Source: Tubulanus polymorphus
Lineage: Eukaryota; Animalia; Nemertea
Length of the DNA: 64,000 nt
Reading direction: 5' to 3'
Assembly: GCF_964204645.1 (NCBI RefSeq)
Contig: NC_134025.1
Location: 31,886,788-31,950,787 of the forward strand
The notes under the pieces: generated by a model
Told to the model about the DNA's origin: nothing
The model's input: the letters and a program-made list of their open reading frames with translations, nothing else
Databases searched by the model: none
Made by a program: the position numbers and the translations under genes
Shown here: piece after piece, positions 18,688-33,400 of the stretch
How the letters are laid out: each line of letters opens with the position of its first letter
Numbering within the stretch: position 1 is the stretch's first letter

Positions 18688-21600
18688 ATAGATAGGTGGA
18701 AAGATTCAGAATTTTCTGGCTTTTTATGCTCCTGAAGATGATGGAATCGATCTGAAACGATAGGTTAAGGTCAACTGAACTGATTTCGAGCAGATGGACT
18801 GAAAGATACAGATTTTTCTTGCAAAATAGAGTCCTAAAGATGACGAATTCTATCTTAATTGATGGGTTAGGGTGAACTGAATTGATTTCAAATAGATAGG
18901 TGGAAAGAATCAGAATTTTCTGGCTGCTCTTGGTTCTGAAGATGATAAATTCAATCTGAAAAGATGTGTTAAGGCGTATTGAACTGGGATTCAGAATTTT
19001 CTGGGTATTTATGCTCCTGAAGATGATGGACTCGATCTGAAATGATAGGTTAAGGTAAACTGAACTGATTTCGAGTAGATGGACTGAAAGATACAGATTT
19101 TTCTTGCAAAATAGGGTCCTAAAGATGATGAATTCTATCTTAATTGATGGGTTAGGGTGAACTGAACTGATTTCAAATAGATAGGTTGAAAGAATCAGAA
19201 TTTTCTGGCTGCCTTTGGTTCTGAAGATGATGGACTCAATCTGAAAAGATGGGCTAAGGCGTATGGAACTGATTTCAAATAGATAGGTGGAAAGATTAAG
19301 AATTTTCTGGCTATTTATGCTCCTGAAGATGATGGACTCGATCTGAAATGATAGGTTAAGGTAAACTGAACTGATTTCGAGTAGATGGACTGAAAGATAC
19401 AGATTTTTCTTGCAAAATAGGGTCCTAAAGATGATGAATTCTATCTTAATTGTTGGGTTAGGGTGTACTGAACTGATGTTCAATAGATTGGTTGAAAGAT
19501 TCAGAATTTTCTGACTACTTATACTTCTGAAGTTGATTGATTCAATCTGAAAAGATGGGTTAAGGCGTATTGAACTGATGTTCAATAGATTGGTTGAAAG
19601 ATTCAGAATTTTCTGACTACTTATACTTCTGAAGTTGATTGATTCAATCTGAAAAGATGGGTTAAGGCGTATTGAACTGATTTCAAATAGATAGGTGGAA
19701 AGATTAAGAATTTTCTGGCTATTTATGCTCCTGAAGATGATGGACTCCATCTGAAATGATAGGTTAAGGTAAACTGAACTGATTCCGAGTAGATGGGATG
19801 TAAGATACAGATTTTTGTTGCAAATTAGGGTCCTAAAGATGATGAATTCTATCTTATTTAATGGGTTAGGGTGTAATGAACTGATGTCAAATAGATAGGT
19901 TGAAAGAATAAGAATTTTCTGGCTGCTTTTGGTTCTGAAGATGATGGATTCAATCTGAAAAGATGTGTTAGGGCTTATTGAACTGATTTCAAATAGATAG
20001 GTGGAAAGATTCAGAATTTTCTGGCTATTTATGCTCCTGAAGATGATGGACTCGATCTGAAATGATAGGTTAAGGTAAACTGAACTGATTTCGAGTAGAT
20101 GGACTGAAAGATACAGATTTTTCTTGCAAAATAGGGTCCTAAAGATGATGAATTCTATCTTAATTGATGGGTTAGGGTGCACTGAACTGATTTCAAATAG
20201 AAAGGTGGAAAGATTAGGAATTTTCTGGTTATTTATGCTCCTGAAGATGATGGACTCGATCTGAAATGATAGGTTAAGGTCAACTGAACTGATTTCGAGC
20301 AGATGGACTGAAAGATACAGATTTTTCTTGCAAAATAGAGTCCTAAAGATGACGAATTCTATCTTAATTGATGGGTTAGGGTGAACTGAACTGATTTCAA
20401 ATAGATAGGTGGAAAGAATCAGAATTTTCTGGCTTCCTTTGGTTCTGAAGATGATGGACTCAATCTGAAAAGATTGGCTAAGGCGTATTGAACTGATTTT
20501 AAATAGATAGGTGGAAAGATTAAGAATTTTCTGGCTATTTATGCTCCTGAAGATGATGGACTCGATCTTAAATGATAGGTTAAGGTAAACTGAACTGATT
20601 TCGAGTAGATGGACTGAAAGATACAGATTTTTCTTGCAAAATAGGGTCCTAAAGATAATGAATTCTATCTTAATTGATGGGTTAGGGTGAACTGAACTGA
20701 TTTCAAATAGATAGGTGGAAAAAATCAGAATTTTCTGGCTGCCTTTGGTTCTGAAGATGATGGACTCAATCTGAAAAGATGGGCTAAGGCGTATTGAACT
20801 GATTTCAAATAGATAGGTGGAAAGATTAAGAATTTTCTGGCTATTTATGCTCCTGAAGATGATATACTCGATCTGAAATGATAGGTTAAGGTAAACTGAA
20901 CTGATTTCGAGTAGATGGACTGAAAGATACAAATTTTTCTTGCAAAATAGGGTCCTAAAGATGATGAATTCTATCTTAATTGATGGGTTAGGGTGTACTG
21001 AATTGATTTCAAATAGATAGGTTGAAAGAATCAGAATTTTCTGGCTGCTCTTGGTTCTGAAGATGATAAATTCAATCTGAAAAGATGTGTTAAGGCGTAT
21101 TGAACTGATTTCAAATAGATAGGTGGAAAGATTAAGAATTTTCTGGCTATTTATGCTCCTGAAGATGATGGACTCGATCTGAAATGATAGGTTAAGGTAA
21201 ACTGAACTGATTTCGAGTAGATGGACTGAAAGATACAGATTTTTCTTGCAAAATAGGGTCCTAAAGATGATGAATTCTATCTTAATTGATGGGTTAGGGT
21301 GTACTGAACTGATTTCAAATAGATAGGTGGAAAGATTAAGAATTTTCTGGCTATTTATGCTCCTGAAGATGATGGACTCGATCTGAAATGATAGGTTAAG
21401 GTAAACTGAACTGATTTCGAGCAGATGGACTGAAAGATTCAGATTTTTCTTGCAAAATAGGGTCCTAAAGATGATGAATTCTATCTTAATTGATGGGTTA
21501 GGGTGAACTGAACTGATTTCAAATAGATAGGTGGAAAGAATCAGAATTTTATGGCTGCCTTTGGTTCTGAAGATGATGGACTCAATCTGAAAAGATGGGC

Positions 21601-24600
21601 TAAGGCGTATTGAACTGATTTCAAATAGATAGGTGGAAAGATTCAGAATTTTCTGGCTATTTATGCTCCTGAAGATGATGGACTCGATCTGAAATGATAG
21701 GTTAAGGTAAACTGAACTGATTTCGAGTAGATGGACTGAAAGATACAGATTTTTCTTGCAAAATAGGGTCCTAAAGATGATGAATTCTATCTTAATTGAT
21801 GGGTTAGGGTGTACTGAACTGATTTCAAATAGATAGGTTGAAAGAATCAGAATTTTCTGGCTGCTTTTGGTTCTGAAGATGATGGATTCAATTTGAAAAG
21901 ATGTGTTAAGGCGTATTGAACTGATTTCAAATAGATAGGTGGAAAGATTAAGAATTTTCTGGCTATTTATGCTCCTGAAGATGATGGACTCGATCTGAAA
22001 TGATAGGTTAAGGTAAACTGAACTGGTTTCGAGTAGATGGACTGAAAGATACAGATTTTTCTTGCAAAATAGGGTCCTAAAGATGATGAATTCTATCTTA
22101 ATTGATGGGTTAGGGTGAACTGAACTGATTTCAAATAGATAGGTGGAAAGAATCAGAATTTTCTGGCTGCCTTTGGTTCTGAAGATGATGGACTCAATCT
22201 TATGCTCCTGAAGATGATGGACTCGATCTGAAATGATAGGTTAAGGTAAACTGAACTGGTTTCGAGTAGATGGACTGAAAGATACAGATTTTTCTTGCAA
22301 AATAGGGTCCTAAAGATGATGAATTCTATCTTAATTGATGGGTTAGGGTGAACTGAACTGATTTCAAATAGATAGGTGGAAAGAATCAGAATTTTCTGGC
22401 TGCCTTTGGTTCTGAAGATGATGGACTCAATCTGAAAAGATGTGTTAAGGCGTATTGAACTGATTTCAAATAGATAGGTGGAAAGATTAAGAATTTTCTG
22501 GCTATTTATGCTCCTGAAGATGATGGACTCGATCTGAAATGATAGGTTAAGGTAAACTGAACTGATTTCGAGTAGATGGACTGAAAGATACAGATTTTTC
22601 TTGCAAAGTAGGGTCCTAAAGATGATAAGTTCTATCTTAATTGATTGGTTAGGGTGTACTGAACTGATTTCAAATAGATAGGTGGAAAGATTAAGAATTT
22701 TCTGGCTATTTATGCTCCTGAAGATGATGGACTCGATCTGAAACGATAGGTTAAGGTAAACTGAACTGATTTCGTGTAGATTGACTGAAAGATACAGATT
22801 TTTCTTGCAAAATAGGGTCCTAAAGATGATGAATTCTATCTTAATTGATGGGTTAGGGTGTACTGAACTGATTTCAAATAGATAGGTTGAAAGAATCAGA
22901 ATTTTCTGGCTGCTTTTGGTTCTGAAGATGATGGATTCAATCTGAAAAGATGGGTTTAGGCGAATTGAACTGATTTTCAAATAGATAGGTGGAAAGATTC
23001 AGAATTTTCTGGCTTTTTATGCTCCTGAAGATGATGGAATCGATCTGAAACGATAGGTTAAGGTCAACTGAACTGATTTCGAGCAGATGGACTGAAAGAT
23101 ACAGATTTTTCTTGCAAAATAGAGTCCTAAAGATGACGAATTCTATCTTAATTGATGGGTTAGGGTGAACTGAATTGATTTCAAATAGATAGGTGGAAAG
23201 AATCAGAATTTTCTGGCTGCTCTTGGTTCTGAAGATGATAAATTCAATCTGAAAAGATGTGTTAAGGCGTATTGAACTGATTTCAAATAGATAGGTGGAA
23301 AGATTTAGCATTTTCTGGGTACTGATGCTCCTGAAGATGATGGACTCGATCTGAAATGATAGGTTAAGGTAAACTGAACTGATTTCGAGTAGATGGACTG
23401 AAAGATACATATTTTTCTTGCAAAGTAGGGTCCTAAAGATGATAAGTTCTATCTTAATTGATTGGTTAGGGTGTACTGAACTGATTTCAAATAGATAGGT
23501 GGAAAGATTAAGAATTTTCTGGCTATTTATGCTCCTGAAGATGATGGACTCGATCTGAAACGATAGGTTAAGGTAAACTGAACTGATTTCGTGTAGATTG
23601 ACTGAAAGATACAGATTTTTCTTGCAAAATAGGGTCCTAAAGATGATGAATTCTATCTTAATTGTTGGGTTAGGGTGTACTGAACTGATGTTCAATAGAT
23701 TGGTTGAAAGATTCAGAATTTTCTGACTACTTATACTTCTGAAGTTGATTGATTCAATCTGAAAAGATGGGCTAAGGCGTATGGAACTGATTTCAAATAG
23801 ATAGGTGGAAAGATTAAGAATTTTCTGGCTATTTATGCTCCTGAAGATGATGGACTCGATCTGAAATGATAGGTTAAGGTAAACTGAACTGATTTCGAGT
23901 AGATGGACTGAAAGATACAGATTTTTCTTGCAAAATAGGGTCCTAAAGATGATGAATTCTATCTTAATTGTTGGGTTAGGGTGTACTGAACTGATGTTCA
24001 ATAGATTGGTTGAAAGATTCAGAATTTTCTGACTACTTATACTTCTGAAGTTGATTGATTCAATCTGAAAAGATGGGTTAAGGCGTATTGAACTGATTTC
24101 AAATAGATAGGTGGAAAGATTAAGAATTTTCTGGCTATTTATGCTCCTGAAGATGATGGACTCCATCTGAAATGATAGGTTAAGGTAAATTGAATTGATT
24201 TCGAGTAGATGGACTGAAAGATACAGATTTTTGTTGCAAATTAGGGTCCTAAAGATGATGAATTCTATCTTATTTAATGGGTTAGGGTGTAATGAACTGA
24301 TGTCAAATAGATAGGTTGAAAGAATAAGAATTTTCTGGCTGCTTTTGGTTCTGAAGATGATGGATTCAATCTGAAAAGATGTGTTAGGGCTTATTGAACT
24401 GATTTCAAATAGATAGGTGGAAAGATTCAGAATTTTCTGGCTATTTATGCTCCTGAAGATGATGGACTCGATCTGAAATGATAGGTTAAGGTAAACTGAA
24501 CTGATTTCGAGTAGATGGACTGAAAGATACAGATTTTTCTTGCAAAATAGGGTCCTAAAGATGATGAATTCTATCTTAATTGATGGGTTAGGGTGCACTG

Positions 24601-27480
24601 AACTGATTTCAAATAGAAAGGTGGAAAGATTAGGAATTTTCTGGTTATTTATGCTCCTGAAGATGATGGACTCGATCTGAAATGATAGGTTAAGGTCAAC
24701 TGAACTGATTTCGAGCAGATGGACTGAAAGATACAGATTTTTCTTGCAAAATAGAGTCCTAAAGATGACGAATTCTATCTTAATTGATGGGTTAGGGTGA
24801 ACTGAACTGATTTCAAATAGATAGGTGGAAAGAATCAGAATTTTCTGGCTTCCTTTGGTTCTGAAGATGATGGACTCAATCTGAAAAGATTGGCTAAGGC
24901 GTATTGAACTGATTTTAAATAGATAGGTGGAAAGATTAAGAATTTTCTGGCTATTTATGCTCCTGAAGATGATGGACTCGATCTTAAATGATAGGTTAAG
25001 GTAAACTGAACTGATTTCGAGTAGATGGACTGAAAGATACAGATTTTTCTTGCAAAATAGGGTCCTAAAGATAATGAATTCTATCTTAATTGATGGGTTA
25101 GGGTGAACTGAACTGATTTCAAATAGATAGGTGGAAAGAATCAGAATTTTCTGGCTGCCTTTGGTTCTGAAGATGATGGACTCAATCTGAAAAGATGGGC
25201 TAAGGCGTATTGAACTGATTTCAAATAGATAGGTGGAAAGATTAAGAATTTTCTGGCTATTTATGCTCCTGAAGATGATATACTCGATCTGAAATGATAG
25301 GTTAAGGTAAACTGAACTGATTTCGAGTAGATGGACTGAAAGATACAAATTTTTCTTGCAAAATAGGGTCCTAAAGATGATGAATTCTATCTTAATTGAT
25401 GGGTTAGGGTGTACTGAATTGATTTCAAATAGATAGGTTGAAAGAATCAGAATTTTCTGGCTGCTCTTGGTTCTGAAGATGATAAATTCAATCTGAAAAG
25501 ATGTGTTAAGGCGTATTGAACTGATTTCAAATAGATAGGTGGAAAGATTAAGAATTTTCTGGCTATTTATGCTCCTGAAGATGATGGACTCGATCTGAAA
25601 TGATAGGTTAAGGTAAACTGAACTGATTTCGAGTAGATGGACTGAAAGATACAGATTTTTCTTGCAAAATAGGGTCCTAAAGATGATGAATTCTATCTTA
25701 ATTGATGGGTTAGGGTGTACTGAACTGATTTCAAATAGATAGGTGGAAAGATTAAGAATTTTCTGGCTATTTATGCTCCTGAAGATGATGGACTCGATCT
25801 GAAATGATAGGTTAAGGTAAACTGAACTGATTTCGAGCAGATGGACTGAAAGATTCAGATTTTTCTTGCAAAATAGGGTCCTAAAGATGATGAATTCTAT
25901 CTTAATTGATGGGTTAGGGTGAACTGAACTGATTTCAAATAGATAGGTGGAAAGAATCAGAATTTTCTGGCTGCCTTTGGTTCTGAAGATGATGGACTCA
26001 ATCTGAAAAGATGGGCTAAGGCGTATTGAACTGATTTCAAATAGATAGGTGGAAAGATTCAGAATTTTCTGGCTATTTATGCTCCTGAAGATGATGGACT
26101 CGATCTGAAATGATAGGTTAAGGTAAACTGAACTGATTTCGAGTAGATGGACTGAAAGATACAGATTTTTCTTGCAAAATAGGGTCCTAAAGATGATGAA
26201 TTCTATCTTAATTGATGGGTTAGGGTGTACTGAACTGATTTCAAATAGATAGGTTGAAAGAATCAGAATTTTCTGGCTGCTTTTGGTTCTGAAGATGATG
26301 GATTCAATTTGAAAAGATGTGTTAAGGCGTATTGAACTGATTTCAAATAGATAGGTGGAAAGATTAAGAATTTTCTGGCTATTTATGCTCCTGAAGATGA
26401 TGGACTCGATCTGAAATGATAGGTTAAGGTAAACTGAACTGGTTTCGAGTAGATGGACTGAAAGATACAGATTTTTCTTGCAAAATAGGGTCCTAAAGAT
26501 GATGAATTCTATCTTAATTGATGGGTTAGGGTGAACTGAACTGATTTCAAATAGATAGGTGGAAAGAATCAGAATTTTCTGGCTGCCTTTGGTTCTGAAG
26601 ATGATGGACTCAATCTGAAAAGATGGGTTAAGGCGTATTGAACTGATTTCAAATAGATAGGTGGAAAGATTAAGAATTTTCTGGCTATTTATGCTCCTGA
26701 AGATGATGGACTCGATCTGAAATGATAGGTTAAGGTAAACTGAACTGATTTCGAGTAGATGGACTGAAAGATACAGATTTTTCTTGCAAAGTAGGGTCCT
26801 AAAGATGATAAGTTCTATCTTAATTGATTGGTTAGGGTGTACTGAACTGATTTCAAATAGATAGGTGGAAAGATTAAGAATTTTCTGGCTATTTATGCTC
26901 CTGAAGATGATGGACTCGATCTGAAACGATAGGTTAAGGTAAACTGAACTGATTTCGTGTAGATTGACTGAAAGATACAGATTTTTCTTGCAAAATAGGG
27001 TCCTAAAGATGATGAATTCTATCTTAATTGATGGGTTAGGGTGTACTGAACTGATTTCAAATAGATAGGTTGAAAGAATCAGAATTTTCTGGCTGCTTTT
27101 GGTTCTGAAGATGATGGATTCAATCTGAAAAGATGGGTTTAGGCGAATTGAACTGATTTTCAAATAGATAGGTGGAAAGATTCAGAATTTTCTGGCTTTT
27201 TATGCTCCTGAAGATGATGGAATCGATCTGAAACGATAGGTTAAGGTCAACTGAACTGATTTCGAGCAGATGGACTGAAAGATACAGATTTTTCTTGCAA
27301 AATAGAGTCCTAAAGATGACGAATTCTATCTTAATTGATGGGTTAGGGTGAACTGAATTGATTTCAAATAGATAGGTGGAAAGAATCAGAATTTTCTGGC
27401 TGCTCTTGGTTCTGAAGATGATAAATTCAATCTGAAAAGATGTGTTAAGGCGTATTGAACTGATTTCAAATAGATAGGTG
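17050..27480. repeat. Imperfect ~4.2-kb block present in about three copies, each marked by the same 1-bp T insertion
   Basis: GAACTGATTTTCAAA has its T-run at 18681-18684, 22974-22977 and 27157-27160. Linked marker GATATACTC occurs at 17311, 20861 and 25277. Boundaries are approximate. Confidence 0.85.
21968..22433. repeat. Out-of-register 233-bp tandem duplication
   Basis: 21968-22200 is repeated at 22201-22433 with junction ...GACTCAATCT|TATGCTCCTG... Both copies carry the rare AACTGGTTTC variant. Confidence 0.9.
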
Positions 27481-30400
27481 GAAAGATTTAGCATTTTCTG
27501 GGTACTGATGCTCCTGAAGATGATGGACTCGATCTGAAATGATAGGTTAAGGTAAACTGAACTGATTTCGAGTAGATGGACTGAAAGATACATATTTTTC
27601 TTGCAAAGTAGGGTCCTAAAGATGATAAGTTCTATCTTAATTGATTGGTTAGGGTGTACTGAACTGATTTCAAATAGATAGGTGGAAAGATTAAGAATTT
27701 TCTGGCTATTAATGCTCCTGAAGATGATGGACTCGATCTGAAACGATAGGTTAAGGTAAACTGAACTGATTTCGTGTAGATTGACTGAAAGATACAGATT
27801 TTTCTTGCAAAATAGGGTCCTAAAGATGATGAATTCTATCTTAATTGATGGGTTAGGGTGTACTGAACTGATTTCAAATAGATAGGTTGAAAGAATCAGA
27901 ATTTTCTGGCTGCTTTTGGTTCTGAAGATGATGGATTCAACCTGAAAAGATGTGTTAAGGCGTATTGAACTGATTTCAAATAGATAGGTGGAAAGATTCA
28001 GAATCTTCTGGGTACTCATGCTCCTGAAGATGATGGACTCGATCTGAAATGATAGGTTAAGGCAAACTGAACTGATTTCGAGTAGATGGACTGAAAGATA
28101 CAGATTTTTCTTGCAAAATAGGGTCCTAAAGATGATGAGTTCTATCTTAATTGATGGGTTAGGGTGTACTGAACTGATTTCAAATAGATAGGTTGAAAGA
28201 ATCAGAATTTTCTGGCTGCTTTTGGTTCTGAAGATGATGGATTCGATTTGAAAAGATGTGTTAAGGCGTATTGAACTGATTTCAAATAGATAGGTGGAAA
28301 GATTCAGAATTTTCTGGGTACTTATGCTCCTGAAGATGATGGACTCGATCTGAAATGATAGGTTAAGGTAAACTGAACTGATTTCGAGTAGATGGACTGA
28401 AAGATACAGATTTTTCTTGCAAAATAGGGTCCTAAAGATGATGAATTCTATCTTAATTGATGGGTTAGGGTGAACTGAACTGATTTCAAATAGATAGGTG
28501 GAAAGAATCAGAATTTTCTTGCTGCCTTTGGTTCTGAAGATGATGGACTCAATCTGAAAAGATGGGCTAAGGCGTATGGAACTGATTTCAAATAGATAGG
28601 TGGAAAGATTAAGAATTTTCTGGCTATTTATGCTCCTGAAGATGATGGACTCGATCTGAAATGATAGGTTAAGGTAAACTGAACTGATTTCGAGTAGATG
28701 GACTGAAAGATACAGATTTTTCTTGCAAAATAGGGTCCTAAAGATGATGAATTCTATCTTAATTGTTGGGTTAGGGTGTACTGAACTGATGTTCAATAGA
28801 TTGGTTGAAAGATTCAGAATTTTCTGACTACTTATACTTCTGAAGTTGATTGATTCAATCTGAAACGATGGGTTAAGGCGTATTGAACTGATTTCAAATA
28901 GATAGGTGGAAAGATTAAGAATTTTCTGGCTATTTATGCTCCTGAAGATGATGGACTCCATCTGAAATGATAGGTTAAGGTAAACTGAACTGATTCCGAG
29001 TAGATGGGATGTAAGATACAGATTTTTGTTGCAAATTAGGGTCCTAAAGATGATGAATTCTATCTTATTTAATGGGTTAGGGTGTAATGAACTGATGTCA
29101 AATAGATAGGTTGAAAGAATCAGAATTTTCTGGCTGCTTTTGGTTCTGAAGATGATGGATTCAATCTGAAAAGATGGGTTTAGGCGAATTGAACTGATTT
29201 CAAATAGGTAGGTGGAAAGATTAAGAATTTTCTGGCTTTTTACGCTCCTGAAGATGATGGAATCGATCTGAAACGATAGGTTAAGGTAAACTGAACTGAT
29301 TTCGAGTAGATGGACTGAAAGATACAGATTTTTCTTGCAAAATAGGGTCCTAAAGATGATGAATTCTATCTTAATTGATGGGTTAGGGTGTACTGAACTG
29401 ATTTCAAATAGATAGGTGGAAAGATTAAGAATTTTCTGGCTATTTATGCTCCTGAAGATGATGGACTCGATCTGAAACGATAGGTTAAGGTAAACTGAAC
29501 TGATTTCGTGTAGATGGACTGAAAGATACAGATTTTTCTTGCAAAATAGGGTCCTAAAGATGATGAATTCTATCTTAATTGATGGGTTAGGGCGTATTGA
29601 ACTGATTTCAAATAGATAGGTGGAAAGATTCAGAATCTTCTGGGTACTTATGCTCCTGAAGATGATGGACTCGATCTGAAATGATAGGTTAAGGCAAACT
29701 GAACTGATTTCGAGTAGATGGACTGAAAGATACAGATTTTTCTTGCAAAATAGGGTCCTAAAGATGATGAATTCTATCTTAATTGTTGGGTTAGGGTGTA
29801 CTGAACTGATGTTCAATAGATTGGTTGAAAGATTCAGAATTTTCTGACTACTTATAGTTCTGAAGTTGATTGATTCAATCTGAAAAGATGGGTTAAGGCG
29901 TATTGAACTGATTTCAAATAGATAGGTGGAAAGATTAAGAATTTTCTGGCTATTTATGCTCCTGAAGATGATGGACTCGATCTGAAATGATAGGTTAAGG
30001 TAAACTGAACTGATTCCGAGTAGATGGGATGAAAGATACAGATTTTTGTTGCAAAATAGGGTCCTAAAGATGATGAATTCTATCTTAATTGATTGGTTAG
30101 GGTGTACTGAACTGATTTCAAATAGATAGGTGGAAAGATTAAGAATTTTCTGGCTATTTATGCTCCTGAAGATGATGGACTCGATCTGAAACGTTAGGTT
30201 AAGGTAAACTGAACTGATTTCGTGTAGATGGACTGAAAGATACAGATTTTTCTTGCAAAATAGGGTCCTAAAGATGATGAATTCTATCTTAATTGATGGG
30301 TTAGGGTGTACTGAACTGATTTCAAATAGATAGGTTGAAAGAATCAGAATTTTCTGGCTGCTTTTGGTTCTGAAGATGATGGATTCAACCTGAAAAGATG

Positions 30401-33400
30401 TGTTAAGGCGTATTGAACTGATTTCAAATAGATAGGTGGAAAGATTCAGAATCTTCTGGGTACTTATGCTCCTGAAGATGATGGACTCGATCTGAAATGA
30501 TAGGTTAAGGCAAACTGAACTGATTTCGAGTAGATGGACTGAAAGATACAGATTTTTCTTGCAAAATAGGGTCCTAAAGATGATGAGTTCTATCTTAATT
30601 GATGGGTTAGGGTGTACTGAACTGATTTCAAATAGATAGGTTGAAAGAATCAGAATTTTCTGGCTGCTTTTGGTTCTGAAGATGATGGATTCAATTTGAA
30701 AAGATGTGTTAAGGCGTATTGAACTGATTTCAAATAGATAGGTGGAAAGATTAAGAATTTTCTGGCTATTTATGCTCTTGAGGATGATGCACTCGATCTG
30801 AAATGATAGGTTAAGGTAGACTGAACTGATTTCGAGTAGATGGACTGAAAGATACAGATTTTTCTTGCAAAATAGGGTCCTAAAGATGATGAGTTCTATC
30901 TTAATTGATGGGTTAGGGTGTACTGAACTGATTTCAAATAGATAGGTTGAAAGAATCAGAATTTTCTGGCTGCTTTTGGTTCTGAAGATGATGGATTCAA
31001 TCTGAAAAGATGTGTTAAGGCGTATTGAACTGATTTCAAATAGATAGGTGGAAAGATTAAGAATTTTCTGGCTATTTATGCTCCTGAAGATGATGGACTC
31101 GATCTGAAATGATAGGTTAAGGTAAACTGAACTGATTTCGAGAAGATGGACTGAAAGATACAGATTTTTCTTGCAAAATAGGGTCCTAAAGATGATGAGT
31201 TCTATCTTAATTGATGGGTTAGGGTGTACTGAACTGATTTCAAATAGATAGGTTGAAAGAATCAGAATTTTCTGGCTGCTTTTGGTTCTGAAGATGATGG
31301 ATTCAATCTGAAAAGATGTGTTAAGGCGTATTGAACTGATTTCAAATAGATAGGTGGAAAGATTAAGAATTTTCTGGCTATTTATGCTCCTGAAGATGAT
31401 GGACTCGATCTGAAATGATAGGTTAAGGTAAACTGAACTGATTTGGAGAAGATGGACTGAAAGATACAGATTTTTCTTGCAAAATAGGGTCCTAAAGATG
31501 ATGAGTTCTATCTTAATTGATGGGTTAGAGTGTACTGAACTGACTTCAAATAGATAGGTGGAAAGATTAAGAATTTTCTGGCTATTTATGCTCCTGAAGA
31601 TGATGGACTCGATCTGAAATGATCGGTTAAGGTAAACTGAACTGATTTCGAGAAGATGGATTGAAAGATACAGATTTTTCTTGCAAAATAGGGTCCTAAA
31701 GATGATGAGTTCTATCTTAATTGATGGGTTAGAGTGTACTGAACTGACTTCAAATAGATAGGTGGAAAGATTAAGAATTTTCTGGCTATTTATGCTCCTG
31801 AAGATGATGGACTCGATCTGAAACGATAGGTTAAGGTAAACTGAACTGATTTCGAGTAGATGGACTGAAAGATACAGATTTTTCTTGCAAAATAGGGTCC
31901 TAAAGATGATGAATTCTATCTTAATTGATGGGTTAGGGTGTACTGAACTGATTTCAAATACATAGGTTGAAAGAATCAGAATTTTCTGGCTGCTTTTGGT
32001 TCTGAAGATGATGGATTCAATCTGAAAAGATGTGTTAAGGCGTATTGAACTGATTTCAAATAGATAGGTGGAATGATTCAGAATTTTCTGGGTACTTATC
32101 CTCCTGAAGATGATGGACTCGATCTGAAATGATAGGGTAAGGTAAACTGAACTGATTTCGAGTAGATGGACTGAAAGATACAGATTTTTCTTGCAAAATA
32201 GGGTCCTAGAGATGATGAATTCTATCTTAATTGATGGGTTAGGATGTACTGAACTGATTTCAAATAGATAGGTTGAAAGAATCAGAATTTTCTGGCTGCC
32301 TTTGGTTCTGAAGATGATGGACTCAATCTGAAAAGATGGGCTAAGGCGTATTGAACTGATTTCAAATAGATAGGTGGAAAGATTAAGAATTTTCTGGCTA
32401 TTTATGCTCCTGATGATGATGGACTCGATCTGAAATGATAGGTTAAGGTAAACTGAACTGATTTCGAGTAGATGGACTGAAAGATACAGATTTTTCTTGC
32501 AAAAAAGGGTCCTAAAGATGATGAATTCTATCTTAATTGATGGGTTAGGGTGAACTGAACTGATTTCAAATAGATAGGTGGAAAGAATCAGAATTTTCTG
32601 GCTGCCTTTGGTTCTGAAGATGATGGACTCAATCTGAAAAGATGGGCTAAGGCGTATGGAACTGATTTCAAATAGATAGGTGGAAAGATTAAGAATTTTC
32701 TGGCTATTTATGCTCCTGAAGATGATGGACTCGATCTGAAATGATAGGTTAAGGTAAACTGAACTGATTTCGAGTAGATGGACTGAAAGATACAGATTTT
32801 TCTTGCAAAATAGGGTCCTAAAGATGATGAATTCTATCTTAATTGTTGGGTTAGGGTGTACTGAACTGATGTTCAATAGATTGGTTGAAAGATTCAGAAT
32901 TTTCTGACTACTTATACTTCTGAAGTTGATTGATTCAATCTGAAAAGATGGGTTAAGGCGTATTGAACTGATTTCAAATAGATGGGTGGAAAGATTAAGA
33001 ATTTTCTGGCTATTTATGCTCCTGAAGATGATGGACTCCATCTGAAATGATAGGTTAAGGTAAACTGAACTGATTCCGAGTAGATGGGATGTAAGATACA
33101 GATTTTTGTTGCAAATTAGGGTCCTAAAGATGATGAATTCTATCTTAATTAATGGGTTAGGGTGTAATGAACTGATGTCAAATAGATAGGTTGAAAGAAT
33201 CAGAATTTTCTGGCTGCTTTTGGTTCTGAAGATGATGGATTCAATCTGAAAAGATGGGTTTAGGCAAATTGAACTGATTTCAAATAGATAGGTGGAAAGA
33301 TTCAGAATTTTCTGGCTATTTATGCTCCTGAAGATGATGGACTCGATCTGAAACGATAGGTTAAGGTAAACTGAACTGATTTCGAGTAGATGGACTGAAA

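Noticed and set aside
18644-27163. ORFs of 762, 275 and 1408 aa as separate genes or a programmed-frameshift cassette
   Set aside because: Their ends are set by the +T insertion and the 233-bp duplication junction. The starts are incidental TTG codons inside repeats, and no slippery-site or stimulatory structure is evident.
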